Part shown: in pieces, positions 19,484 to 29,827 of the stretch | How the letters are laid out: each line of letters begins with the position of its first letter | How positions within the stretch are numbered: the stretch's first letter is position 1 | From: Eubacteriales bacterium | GTDB taxonomy: Bacteria; Bacillota; Clostridia; Oscillospirales; CAG-272 | Direction: 5' to 3' | Assembly (NCBI GenBank): GCA_045637205.1 | Contig: JAZTYY010000005.1 | Location: 12,906 to 76,905 of the forward strand | DNA: 64,000 nt | Notes under the pieces: model-generated | What the model was told of the DNA's origin: nothing | The model's input: the letters and a program-made list of their open reading frames with translations, nothing else | Databases searched by the model: none | Made by a program: the position numbers and the translations under genes

Positions 19484-19515
19484 TCCTTCCCCACGGCTTG
19501 CGCCGAGGGGAAGGA
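19484..19515 (-). other. intercistronic GC-rich stem-loop without T-run
   Basis: TCCTTCCCC-A-CGGC-TTGC-GCCG-A-GGGGAAGGA between the surface-protein gene and the GH20 gene. Confidence 0.5.
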
Positions 19516-19567
19516 ATCTTGTTTAGGAGGTAGCTATGAAAACATAACTACTTAACACCATAAAATC

Positions 19568-22500
19568 TTATTTTGTTAAACCAAGAGATGTAGCAAGAGC
19601 TGCAGCTGCTTCGTTTTCCCAAAGAGCAGCCATATCTGCAAAGTTTGCATTAGTTGTTCCTGTGGGGAAGTTCGCCTTTGTCCAACCCTGGTTATAAGGC
19701 ATATATGTTGCATCGGCAGCATTTACTGCATAGCAGTTGCTGAATATAGCTGTGTTATTTGTTCCGTGAAGCTTACCGAATGCTGTACCAAGACGAAGTC
19801 CGTCAGCAATTGATGTAAGCTCTACAATAGTATTATTAATCTTTGCAGCTGCCTGAATTCTACCTGCGAGAAGACCTGCACCAAAGTTTGTAAGATTGCT
19901 TGTTGCAGCCATACCATCCTTTGTAATAGAACCACTTACATATACGTTTTCGATTGTACCGGTCAATGCACCACCAACTATAAGAGCTGTGTTAGCCGAA
20001 ACTGTACCTGTAACCTTAAGATTCTTGATCGTACCGCTTACATCTGCAAACAAGCCAATATTACCTGTATTCGCTGCAATGTTAGACAATGTATAATTTC
20101 TACCGTCAAATTCGCCGGCAAAAATAGTACCAGTCAGACCGGAATTCTTAATTGTTACACCGTTAAGATCGATATCTTGGCCAAGCGCAAGCATACCACT
20201 ATATGTTTTACCATCAGCAGCTACTGTAAGATGATTCTTCATTTTAAGAACGTCACTTGCTGTATTGATAGTCCAAACAACCTTTGCACCCTCAATAGTA
20301 TAGATATGTGTTCCTGTTGTAACTACGATAGTAACCACACCCGAAGGCATTGTATCTGTCTTCATAGCTGCCGCGGGAATTGTAAGAGCACCGTTTGCGA
20401 TGCTACCGCCAACCTCGATACCTGCAACTGTCACAGAGGAAGGAGTACCCGTAAGATCTGCATGAGAAATTACAAAGTCAGTTCCCTCTTTGTTATTAGC
20501 ATAGTAAAGAACGTCAGAAACTGTAAGAGTTACTTCGGTTTTGGTATGTCCCTGACACTTTTCTGCACACTGCTTTTCTGCGCACTCACTTGCGCAAAGT
20601 CCGCAGATTTCACAAGGATTTGCACATTCGTGATGTCCTTCGCACTTCTTTGCACATGTAGTTTCTGCACATTCACTTGCACAAAGTCCACAGATTTCAC
20701 AAGGATTTGCACAAACGTGAGGTTTGGAGGGCTCTGCAATGCCGAGAGAAACTGCGAGTGCCTTTGCAGAATCGTTCGTTGTCCAAAGCTCGTACATTGA
20801 ATCGAAGTTTGCATTTGTGCCACCGGTGGTAAAGCTCTTCTTTACCCAACCCTGATTGTAAGGCATAAATGTTGCGTCAGCAGCATTGATTGCATAGCAG
20901 TTTGTAAAGGAGTTTTCACTTGCAGAACCGCCGTGAAGCTTACCAAAAGCTGTAGCAAGACGAAGTCCGTCTGTCATAGAAATGATTTCAACGATTACGT
21001 TGTTGATCTTGGCACCTGCATTAATTCTACCTGCAAGAAGACCGGCGCCAAAGTTTGTAAGATTGCTTGCAGCAGCCATTCCGTCAGCTGCAATAGTACC
21101 GCTTACGTATACGTTTTCGATTGTACCGGTTAATCCACCACCAACAAGAAGACCTGCATATGTAGAAAGAGTACCATTTACAACCTTAACATTCTTAATT
21201 GTTCCGCTTACATTGGTAAACAAACCGATATTACCACTGTTTGCAGGAAGAGACATGTTAGAAAGTGTGTAATTTCTACCGTCAAATTCACCTGCGAAGG
21301 TGTGGTTATTGGTCAAACCATGATTTTTAATTGTAACACCTGTAAGATCAATATCTGCACCAAGTGCAAGCATACCACTATATATGCTTCCGTTAAGAGT
21401 GAGATGTTCTCTCATCTTAAGGATTTCTGTTGCATTATTAAGTACCCAAACGAATGTTACGTCCTTAACGTAGTAGTTAGCATCGTTTTCAAGAACAAGT
21501 CTGAGCTCATTTGCACCTGTTGCGATAGGAGCAGAAGCTGCCGCCAAAGCTTCCTTAGTGATGGAAACCACACCATTTTCACAGGTAAGTGTAAGCTCTA
21601 CCTCTGATCCACTAACACCCATAGCATAAGCCTTAAGTGAGGTAAGAGTTGTGGGAACGCCGGAAATTGTGATAGTTGACTGATTTGCATCATTCAAATA
21701 AACTTTTTGAGCAAGGGTTGTTTCATTCTTAGTTTTAATGGCAATTTCCTTAGATACTTCGCCCCAAGTAATAGTGACTTTAGCGCCATCCGCCAATGTG
21801 AGAAGCTGGTTTGCAGTTACCCTACCGTTGGAGACTGTAAGCTTATCGCTATTGGATGTAATTACGCACGCATTGTAGTTATTAAGTAATGCCACTGCTT
21901 CACCAAGTGACAATTCCTTTTCTGTGGGAAGTCCCTCAAGCTCTGCCTTAAATACATCCGCAGATGACTTGAATGTCATTGTTGCAGTATCCCAAATATC
22001 GCTGGGATATGCTACCTTCTTTTCAGAATAATAATCACTTGCAAGCAATTCGCTCATAGATGTATATCTCTGAACTGATTTGCTATACTGTGTTGCTTCA
22101 TCAATAGCACCGCTACCACCGAAAAGCTTATCGGGAGAAACAACGAATACGTTTTCAAACGCACCCTTATTTGTTGCTGCTTCAAGGATACCGTACTTTC
22201 CTTCTGGGAATCCTTCGGGAACGGAGATTGAGCAGTTTGCAACTACAACTACATTCTTAATAACATTTTTATCATTTGCCTGAACAAACAAACCAGCTGT
22301 ACCGGTTACGTATCCGGTTGAAAGCTCATTAATACCAAAGTAGCAGTTTTCAAGTGTACCCATCATAGCATATGCCAAAACAGGTGCATGGCTTGTCGGA
22401 GCATTTACTTTAATATTTGTAAACGCAACGTTTTTAACTGTTGCAGTTGAAGATACGACACCAAAGATACCACCACCGGAGGAAATATTGAATCCATCAA

Positions 22501-23920
22501 TAGTATATCCGCGACCGTCAAATGTACCAACAAGACCAACACCGTCGCCACTATACCATCCACGTCCAACGAATGCTGCTTCGCTTGCATCGATGTTGTT
22601 ACCGAGAATATAATATCCATCAGCCTTGATATCAGGAATCTTTGTGCTTGACTGGAAGATAGCAAGGAACTCATCCATTGTTGTGATAACCTTGCTTACA
22701 AGAAGAACGTTAATTTTATAAGATATCTTTTCGCCCTCGATAACAAGAGTTCTATTACCAAAAAGGGTTACCTTGGAAGCATCAATTACGCCACTCTCAA
22801 CATTCCAAATATTTGTTTTGGTTTGATCTTCAAGATCGTAAACAGAGAGAATACCGAATTCTTCTCCAAAGAGTTGATCAACATTCAAACCATTTTCGGA
22901 TGAAAGATCAACTACAATTTCACCTTCAACGGGCTTTGTTACATTTGCTTTATCAACTGTAAATTCAACAGAGTTGGAAAGGATAACTCCCTCCTCTGCG
23001 AACTGATACTGGCAATAAATAGTAGCTTTATCGCCTACTTTTGCTGTAGGAGCCAATGTTACTACGCCATTTTCATCTACCAAAAGGATCTCTTCATCAG
23101 AGGATTTGAATACGATGTCAGCTGAAATATCGTTACCCTCGTAGATTGCTTCAAGAACAACAACCTTTGAGCTATCTTTATAAACTGTTTCGCCATCGGT
23201 TGCTCCCTGGAGATATATTACAGAGGATTCACCGTCTGCAATACCAACATTCATAGAGAAATTAGCCAAAACCTTAACATTAATGGTGAGTGTAAGGCTG
23301 CCGTCAATACCTGCGGCGGTTGCTCTGGGAAGATTTGCAGTTACTGTGATCTGTGTTTCGCCAACGCCAACGCCGATAATCTTGCCATCCTCGCTGATGG
23401 TTGCGATGCTATCGTTGGCAGAATCGAATGAATATGTAATGTCATAAGCTGCATTATCAAGAATTTCGCTCTTGAATTTTACAGAAGGAATTACCACTCT
23501 TTCCTGACGCTTAGCAATATGAACCTCTGCTTCAGTTACCATAAGCTGAGGTCTTACAAGTGCATCAACAGTTACTGTACAAGAAGTGCTAAACTCTCCA
23601 ACGCTTGCTGTGATCACAGCAGTTCCTTTAGCCATAGCATCAAGCTTGCCGTCATTAACTGCGACGATTTCGGGATGATCGGAAACCCAAGAAATTTCTT
23701 GGTCATTAACAAGTTCACCGTTATTATCTTTTACGGTAACTGTCAATTCTGCTTTGTCAAACACATCGAGTTCAAGCTCTGTATCTGACAATTCAAGTGT
23801 GTAAGTTGTTTTTGGGGGAGTAGTAGGTGTAGGATCAGGCGTACCGGTAAACCAATCACAACCTGCGAACAAGCTACTAATCATTACAAGCACCAACAAT
23901 AATAGGATACTTCTTTTCAT
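19568..23920 (-). CDS. 1450-aa surface lipoprotein: Big_2-type Ig domains plus GLUG-like repeat modules plus Cys-rich tandem motif
   Basis: Lipobox LFAGC. Ig-like segment ISWVSDHPEIVAVNDGKLDAMAKGTAVITA. Modules FxGxFDGRxYT(I/L)..NIGLF..GTIKN. Internal ~240-aa duplication. Confidence 0.85.
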   Translation of the reverse strand: MKRSILLLLVLVMISSLFAGCDWFTGTPDPTPTTPPKTTYTLELSDTELELDVFDKAELTVTVKDNNGELVNDQEISWVSDHPEIVAVNDGKLDAMAKGTAVITASVGEFSTSCTVTVDALVRPQLMVTEAEVHIAKRQERVVIPSVKFKSEILDNAAYDITYSFDSANDSIATISEDGKIIGVGVGETQITVTANLPRATAAGIDGSLTLTINVKVLANFSMNVGIADGESSVIYLQGATDGETVYKDSSKVVVLEAIYEGNDISADIVFKSSDEEILLVDENGVVTLAPTAKVGDKATIYCQYQFAEEGVILSNSVEFTVDKANVTKPVEGEIVVDLSSENGLNVDQLFGEEFGILSVYDLEDQTKTNIWNVESGVIDASKVTLFGNRTLVIEGEKISYKINVLLVSKVITTMDEFLAIFQSSTKIPDIKADGYYILGNNIDASEAAFVGRGWYSGDGVGLVGTFDGRGYTIDGFNISSGGGIFGVVSSTATVKNVAFTNIKVNAPTSHAPVLAYAMMGTLENCYFGINELSTGYVTGTAGLFVQANDKNVIKNVVVVANCSISVPEGFPEGKYGILEAATNKGAFENVFVVSPDKLFGGSGAIDEATQYSKSVQRYTSMSELLASDYYSEKKVAYPSDIWDTATMTFKSSADVFKAELEGLPTEKELSLGEAVALLNNYNACVITSNSDKLTVSNGRVTANQLLTLADGAKVTITWGEVSKEIAIKTKNETTLAQKVYLNDANQSTITISGVPTTLTSLKAYAMGVSGSEVELTLTCENGVVSITKEALAAASAPIATGANELRLVLENDANYYVKDVTFVWVLNNATEILKMREHLTLNGSIYSGMLALGADIDLTGVTIKNHGLTNNHTFAGEFDGRNYTLSNMSLPANSGNIGLFTNVSGTIKNVKVVNGTLSTYAGLLVGGGLTGTIENVYVSGTIAADGMAAASNLTNFGAGLLAGRINAGAKINNVIVEIISMTDGLRLATAFGKLHGGSASENSFTNCYAINAADATFMPYNQGWVKKSFTTGGTNANFDSMYELWTTNDSAKALAVSLGIAEPSKPHVCANPCEICGLCASECAETTCAKKCEGHHECANPCEICGLCASECAEKQCAEKCQGHTKTEVTLTVSDVLYYANNKEGTDFVISHADLTGTPSSVTVAGIEVGGSIANGALTIPAAAMKTDTMPSGVVTIVVTTGTHIYTIEGAKVVWTINTASDVLKMKNHLTVAADGKTYSGMLALGQDIDLNGVTIKNSGLTGTIFAGEFDGRNYTLSNIAANTGNIGLFADVSGTIKNLKVTGTVSANTALIVGGALTGTIENVYVSGSITKDGMAATSNLTNFGAGLLAGRIQAAAKINNTIVELTSIADGLRLGTAFGKLHGTNNTAIFSNCYAVNAADATYMPYNQGWTKANFPTGTTNANFADMAALWENEAAAALATSLGLTK
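20543..20716 (-). repeat. two in-frame 87-bp tandem repeats encoding a 7-Cys motif
   Basis: (H)xCANPCEICGLCASECAE..C..KC.GH encoded twice at 20630-20716 and 20543-20629. Confidence 0.9.
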
Positions 23921-23946
23921 AGTTTTTCTCCTTTTTAAATTTTATC

Positions 23947-24621
23947 TTATGCGGCAACTACCGCTAAGTTCAAAGTAATAATGAGTCCGTAAGCGTCCTC
24001 GCCGCCAACGCGTTCCAGTCCGCCAAGACCTCTCCAATAGGCATAAACAGTTACGGTTACATTGCCTGTTTTGTGAGCAGTGATAACACCGTTTTCATCA
24101 ACAGTTGCGATGCTTTCGTCCGATACCTCGTAAAAATACAAGGTATCTTCATCGTTTGTTGTAACACCGTTAAATGTAACACTGGGCTGCAATGTGAAGC
24201 TCTGTCCTTGAGCTACACTAAGAGAATCACCGTTAACGTTAAGCTTAAGCTGAGGTATTATTCCCTCATACGTTGCATTTACCTGGCAAGTAGCCTTTGT
24301 TCCGTCCTCAAGACTTGCGGTGATCGTTGCACTTCCCGCACCTTTTGCAAAAACAACACCGTCTTCGACCACAATGGAAGGATTGGAGCTCTTCCAAGTA
24401 ACTACCTGATCAACTGCATTACCATCAGCATCTGTAACTGTAGCAACAACAGTCTTTTTCTCATACATCACCATAGAAAGTGATTCTTGATCCAAAGTAA
24501 CGCTGTATTTGTTGTCGCTATTTTCGGTGGTGGGTTCAGTCTGCTTGGGCGGAAAAAGACCGCAGGAGCAGAGTCCAAGCACCATAGCCATTAAAATAAA
24601 TAATGTTATAATTCTTTTCAT
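23947..24621 (-). CDS. lipoprotein with two Big_2-type Ig-like domains
   Basis: Lipobox LGLCSC; VTWKSSNPSIVVEDGVVFAKGAGSATITA and SDESIATVDENGVITAHKTGNVTVTV. Confidence 0.8.
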   Translation of the reverse strand: MKRIITLFILMAMVLGLCSCGLFPPKQTEPTTENSDNKYSVTLDQESLSMVMYEKKTVVATVTDADGNAVDQVVTWKSSNPSIVVEDGVVFAKGAGSATITASLEDGTKATCQVNATYEGIIPQLKLNVNGDSLSVAQGQSFTLQPSVTFNGVTTNDEDTLYFYEVSDESIATVDENGVITAHKTGNVTVTVYAYWRGLGGLERVGGEDAYGLIITLNLAVVAA

Positions 24622-24636
24622 AATTTCTCCTAAATG

Positions 24637-26664
24637 TTATTCAATAATTCCCCAGCTCTTCATCAAGTCAGTAACTGTTCCTCTCATTTCACTCTCACGT
24701 CCAATGTTTGCAATCATCTGGTCGTGATAGAATTGTGATTTTGCGAGTTCAACGTCTGCATCCGTCATCATCGGCTGATAAAGCTTCAGAAGAAGATAGT
24801 TATATGCAATACGCTCTGTGGAAATATTTTTAACGTAAACATTGTAAAGTGCAACATTTTCGTCCTTAACAGACTCAACCTCTTCAAGTGCCTTGGTCAT
24901 CTGAGCCGTCCAATCAACGAGGAGTTGTCTCTCCCAAAGCTTCTTATCAAGTGCATTATAGAAAATGGAACGGGGACCGCAGTATCCAAGCACGTCGCTC
25001 TGATAGTTTGCAAATGCCTTCCATTCAAAGAACACCTTCTTCATGGTCTCAGCGGCAGGTCCAAAATAATTTTTCATAAATTTGTCGATAAGAGCATTTA
25101 TGTCCTGATCTACGTTCCAAGTGAGTTTAGAATAGAGATAAATCTTAAGCCAAGACCAACCTGTAGCGGAGCCCGTCTGATTTGACTGACCCTGATCGTA
25201 GATAAAGTCTACGTTGTTTTCTATAGCGAACTTGTATGTCGCCTGAGTTGTATCAAATGTGTTATAGGGCGTTAAGAAATATGAGAAGTTCGTGGAATAC
25301 ATCCAGAAATAGTTCGTATCACTTATAGATGCCCAGGCCTTAAGGTTCTCTGCGTAAGGAGCATTCGCTGATGTTTCATCATAGAAATCCTTAGTGTAGT
25401 CACCGTTGGTTTCAGCAAAATAAGGGATGATATGCTCGTTAAGAACTACCTTGTCATCGACAGGCACGTAAGTTCCGAGCGATTCATCATATTTTGCAGG
25501 AGCCGCATTCGTTGCGTGATAAGCAAAGAACACAATCTTGAAATCTCTTGCGTGGGGTTTGCCTTCTTCACTATTGAAATAATCTTCAACAAGCTCGGAA
25601 ACACCATTCAAGAAAACAACGATGGAAGCTGCTTGAGATCCATTGTAATATGCCTTCATCTCATTACAAGAATCACATTCGCAAAGACTCTGAGTATCCT
25701 CGTGAGTCATTGTAATAAGGAATTTTGTAGGATTATTAATATAGTGCTCAATAATAACGTCAGCAACTATTCTTTGCATCTTTGCCACCTCTTCAGGCTT
25801 ACCGTGAGCAGTATAGCAAAGATTCTTTTTATCTGTTGAGAACCAATCAGTATTATCCCCATAAATCGACTTAGGAATATATGCACTGGAATTATGAACC
25901 GTCTTTCCTCCAACGGGAATTACCATATCACCGAAATTAGTGAATCTCATTCTCTGTGCAGTTGTCTTATCAGACATAAGGAACTGATAGTTTGTTGCAC
26001 GGATACCAATATCGGGAACGTCTGTTACATCATAATTCATAAGAGGAACTTCTTTAACACCCTTATCGAGATAATAGCAGTCAACCCCGAAATAATCGAA
26101 ATTGAAAAGCTGCGTAAGTAATTCATATGTAGCAAACTGTGCAGCCTCGTTGGTATATCCATAAAGGAAGATGCTATTTCCTACAGTTTTGATATTGAAG
26201 CCTTGATTTCCAAGAACTTGATAATCAGGTGTAAGTTCTGCTGCGTCAAGTATTACATTTTGACCAATAACTATATACTTGCTATTATCGTCAAAAGTTA
26301 CATCCTCTGCATAAAGCAAAGGAAGGAAAACTCCTGTTGCTTCAACAAACATATTGGTAAAATCCTTGGCCGCAGTGTTTATTCTTTCATTGGCTGATTT
26401 TGAAATAACCAAGGAATATTCTGTAACACCGTTTTGAAGAATAAAAACACCTGTGTCGGTAATATTGTATTCGTGTACTGTTCCATCAACGTGGAAATCC
26501 GAAATGTTATCAATTTCAAGACCGTTTCCAACTTTATTTGGTGATTTTGTACCATCATTGTTATTCTCTCCTCCAGTACAGGACACCAAGAAGATGTTAG
26601 AAAGCAAAATTATCGTCAATATGAGGGATAATAAATTATTAATTCTGAATTTAGTATTTTTCAT
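24637..26664 (-). CDS. lipoprotein, DUF4838-like (GH20-accessory-domain-like) putative glycan-active protein
   Basis: Lipobox FLVSC; 675 aa; CECDSC motif; overall resemblance recognised by eye only. Confidence 0.6.
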   Translation of the reverse strand: MKNTKFRINNLLSLILTIILLSNIFLVSCTGGENNNDGTKSPNKVGNGLEIDNISDFHVDGTVHEYNITDTGVFILQNGVTEYSLVISKSANERINTAAKDFTNMFVEATGVFLPLLYAEDVTFDDNSKYIVIGQNVILDAAELTPDYQVLGNQGFNIKTVGNSIFLYGYTNEAAQFATYELLTQLFNFDYFGVDCYYLDKGVKEVPLMNYDVTDVPDIGIRATNYQFLMSDKTTAQRMRFTNFGDMVIPVGGKTVHNSSAYIPKSIYGDNTDWFSTDKKNLCYTAHGKPEEVAKMQRIVADVIIEHYINNPTKFLITMTHEDTQSLCECDSCNEMKAYYNGSQAASIVVFLNGVSELVEDYFNSEEGKPHARDFKIVFFAYHATNAAPAKYDESLGTYVPVDDKVVLNEHIIPYFAETNGDYTKDFYDETSANAPYAENLKAWASISDTNYFWMYSTNFSYFLTPYNTFDTTQATYKFAIENNVDFIYDQGQSNQTGSATGWSWLKIYLYSKLTWNVDQDINALIDKFMKNYFGPAAETMKKVFFEWKAFANYQSDVLGYCGPRSIFYNALDKKLWERQLLVDWTAQMTKALEEVESVKDENVALYNVYVKNISTERIAYNYLLLKLYQPMMTDADVELAKSQFYHDQMIANIGRESEMRGTVTDLMKSWGIIE

Positions 26665-26677
26665 TCATTTATCCTCC

Positions 26678-29600
26678 TTATTTAACAATTATTTCATAAG
26701 ATTCAAGAGTAAGGTTTCCACTCGAATCGATTACTAAGTAATTAACTGTGTAAGTACCTGCAGTTTTTGCAGTAAAGTAGTTAGTACGCTCACCAGTCTT
26801 ATCAAGCATTGCAAAGCTCTGTCCCTGAGGAGTTACAATCGAAACATAAACCACGAAGTTCTCTGCGTTCTTGTCGTTATTATCAACGATTTCAATATCA
26901 GCAACGTATATTGCTTCCCCTACCTTACCTTCAGTTGAATGATCCTTGAGGATTATCTCAGGAGGAGTCATATCGGAAGAAGTAATAACGTAAGTGAATG
27001 GGAGCTTATTACCTGATATATCAGTTACTGTGTAATTTACACTGTAGCTTCCGTACTGATCAAGATTGATAGTGTAGTCTGTGTAATACTTCGCGTTTTT
27101 TTCGTTGAGAATCGTACCATCAAGAGCAGTTACATAGCTTCCATCAGGTGCGGTAACAGACATCTTAATTGTAACACTGGGATCCAAAACGTCACTAATA
27201 TATACACTTGGAATAGTGAATTGACTACCAAACGGACGCGCGCCTGATTGTCCAACCGCAGAAATCTTGGGCTTGATATTATCAACGTAAATTCCGGAAA
27301 TAGGCTGTCCGGAAAGGTTGAATATATCTATTCCTGCTTGTTTGTAATTCGTAATATTTTCAAGTTCAACTGTCAAATATGCCATAGATTCATTAAAACC
27401 GTTAAACTCTTTTCCCGAAAGATCATTGGTAACCTTTACGCTGAGCACCGATGAACCCGTTGGCATTACTGTGCATCCATTGTCACTCAAAGCAAGATTT
27501 AACGGTGACTCAGAATCATCAAAGCTCACATTCTCAAGAACACTTTCAACACCGTCATTAACACTAAAGAATACCTGTCCGGATTCATATCTATACGTAA
27601 ATTTTAACTGAACTGTTGGATCAGCATAATCGGTAAGGATAATATTGATTGTATCCATACCAAATCCGGTAGCAGCAAGCTTCAATGAGAAGTCAAATGT
27701 CTGAAGTCTATTTATAAAGCTTGTATATACCTTTTCGCCAAAATCTGCATTAACAGCAAATCTGATATATTTTCCTTCAGGTGTTGATGTAAGTCCATTT
27801 TTAACAAAGTATTTGTCAATGGTATATGTACCGTTGTATCCAACGTCAATAACAGGTATTACCTTGGAAACGTATTCGGTCTTTTTGCCGTTCACTTCCA
27901 AGCGATAAATAATTTGCACGCTTTCATTAGCATATGAGATAAAGCGATATCCACTGGACATCTCACTCTTGCCATCCTCAATAATATAAATTTCAGGAAG
28001 GGTCTCTACAGGTTCACCTGTAGCATAAATCTTAGCAAGAATCTCCGGAAGTTGATATTCGCATCCCTTAATAAAGTATTCAGGAAGGACCGGATCCTCA
28101 AAGAATACAGGCACATCATTATCAATTGCCGTCAATGTTGTAGACACAGTGATTGAAGTAATGTAATCATCAACATAATAGGTAACTTCATATTTACCTG
28201 CATATTCTGGGAAAAATGTTGGGTTGTCAGAAGATATCGTGTATACTTTACCATTTGTCTGATGAACGGCCTCTGCTTTCCACTCGGCTGATCCTGTGAT
28301 ATTAGTAATCGTAGGAGCAGGAAGTGTGTAATCGGTTCCTATAGTAGCATTAGACAATGTAGGTGCCGTAGCACTCAATGAAGGTGTTCCCTTTGGCAAA
28401 GCATATACTTCTATTTCCAATTTTCCCATATTACCGTATTTATCTACGGCATAATAAACAATGGTATATTTTCCTTCTACAAAAGGTGTAAACATTCCAT
28501 TGACAAGATCAACTCTGACTTGATTGCCTGTTCCGTATGCATAGTAAACTTCAGTATAAGTAACAGGAGAAGCGGTATAATCATCGCTTACTTTTACAGG
28601 AAACAACTTATATTTAATTCCCGCAATAGCATTGGGATAACCATTAGCAAAAGATTCAGCATTTTGCAAAGAAACAGTTGGAGCAACAGTATCAACAAAT
28701 ATATTCTTTTTCAGCTTTTCAGCACTTTCAACATTTTCACTGTTAATTGCGTTGTTTCCAAGCTTGGTAATAGCAAGATTCAATGCGGATGCATTGTAGT
28801 TTGTCGCAGAAATGCTCAAGAAACATTCGCCTGTAGTAAATCCACTCCACGTACCATCCTTATATATATCCTCGCTTGAGAGAATAGTAACAAGCTGTCC
28901 GTTAGCATATATTGCTTGATTAGTCGTATCCATAGACAAAGCAAGCGTCTGTGTGCCAACTCCTTCGGGGGTATTATTGGGGTTTTCGAGAGAAACGTAA
29001 TTAGGATTTCCGGGAAGTGCAAAAGAAACGTTTGCTCCCCAAACATTAGCGTTATGAAGCTGATAATTCACGCCGTCAATTACGAGAGTTCCCTTGTTCG
29101 TCTCAAGCCCCGTGGGGTTTTGGAACGCTGCATTACCCGTTATATAGGAATTCTTTTCAGCCCAAGCAGCACCTGCCTGCCCTGCTGTTCCCTTTTTGAT
29201 TGCAATAGTTACAAAATTTGATGGATCATGCACGTCGGTTAATACAATTTCAATCTTATTTGCATCAGGAGTTCCTATAACCTCAGGAGTTACGAAAAAT
29301 TCAAGGAAGGATTCTCCGTTTAATTCGTTAAGATTGATTATCTCTGAATATGTAAATTTATCTGTACTTGCAATGGAAGCAAGTATTGCCTCGCGATCAA
29401 TAACATAATCGCCATAGGCGGGATTGCCGTATGAAAGTTGTGAAAGTGTGGTCTGCATACCATAAAGCTTCGAGCATGCCAAAAACTCAACACTCTCCTG
29501 ATAAACTGCTCCCTTGGAGTTTACAGCCTTGTAGACGAGTTTATGAAGTCCTTCCTGTTTGATTATAAAGGATTCTTCTACTCTGAGTAAAGCTCCCGAA

Positions 29601-29812
29601 GGTTGTTCGATCAAGGTGATAGCTTTTACATTCTCACCGTCAACATTTACGGTCTTACTTGGAATATTAACAGTATCTCCAACCATATACATTTCTTTTA
29701 TTGTCGCTTCTGCTTCCGCGTATGCAGGAATAGCTGCCACCAACAGCATAACCGCTACTATAAAAGAAACTATAACAGTCACAAATCTGTACATATTTCT
29801 CTTTTCCTTCAT
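26678..29812 (-). CDS. 1044-aa secreted protein with repeated Ig-like modules and a lectin/LamG-like central segment
   Basis: Signal peptide ...AAIPAYAEA; module starts VDTVAPTVSLQ, DNIKPKISAVG, DMTPPEIILKD; strong RBS AGGAGG. Confidence 0.75.
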   Translation of the reverse strand: MKEKRNMYRFVTVIVSFIVAVMLLVAAIPAYAEAEATIKEMYMVGDTVNIPSKTVNVDGENVKAITLIEQPSGALLRVEESFIIKQEGLHKLVYKAVNSKGAVYQESVEFLACSKLYGMQTTLSQLSYGNPAYGDYVIDREAILASIASTDKFTYSEIINLNELNGESFLEFFVTPEVIGTPDANKIEIVLTDVHDPSNFVTIAIKKGTAGQAGAAWAEKNSYITGNAAFQNPTGLETNKGTLVIDGVNYQLHNANVWGANVSFALPGNPNYVSLENPNNTPEGVGTQTLALSMDTTNQAIYANGQLVTILSSEDIYKDGTWSGFTTGECFLSISATNYNASALNLAITKLGNNAINSENVESAEKLKKNIFVDTVAPTVSLQNAESFANGYPNAIAGIKYKLFPVKVSDDYTASPVTYTEVYYAYGTGNQVRVDLVNGMFTPFVEGKYTIVYYAVDKYGNMGKLEIEVYALPKGTPSLSATAPTLSNATIGTDYTLPAPTITNITGSAEWKAEAVHQTNGKVYTISSDNPTFFPEYAGKYEVTYYVDDYITSITVSTTLTAIDNDVPVFFEDPVLPEYFIKGCEYQLPEILAKIYATGEPVETLPEIYIIEDGKSEMSSGYRFISYANESVQIIYRLEVNGKKTEYVSKVIPVIDVGYNGTYTIDKYFVKNGLTSTPEGKYIRFAVNADFGEKVYTSFINRLQTFDFSLKLAATGFGMDTINIILTDYADPTVQLKFTYRYESGQVFFSVNDGVESVLENVSFDDSESPLNLALSDNGCTVMPTGSSVLSVKVTNDLSGKEFNGFNESMAYLTVELENITNYKQAGIDIFNLSGQPISGIYVDNIKPKISAVGQSGARPFGSQFTIPSVYISDVLDPSVTIKMSVTAPDGSYVTALDGTILNEKNAKYYTDYTINLDQYGSYSVNYTVTDISGNKLPFTYVITSSDMTPPEIILKDHSTEGKVGEAIYVADIEIVDNNDKNAENFVVYVSIVTPQGQSFAMLDKTGERTNYFTAKTAGTYTVNYLVIDSSGNLTLESYEIIVK

Positions 29813-29827
29813 AATATCCTCCTGTTT

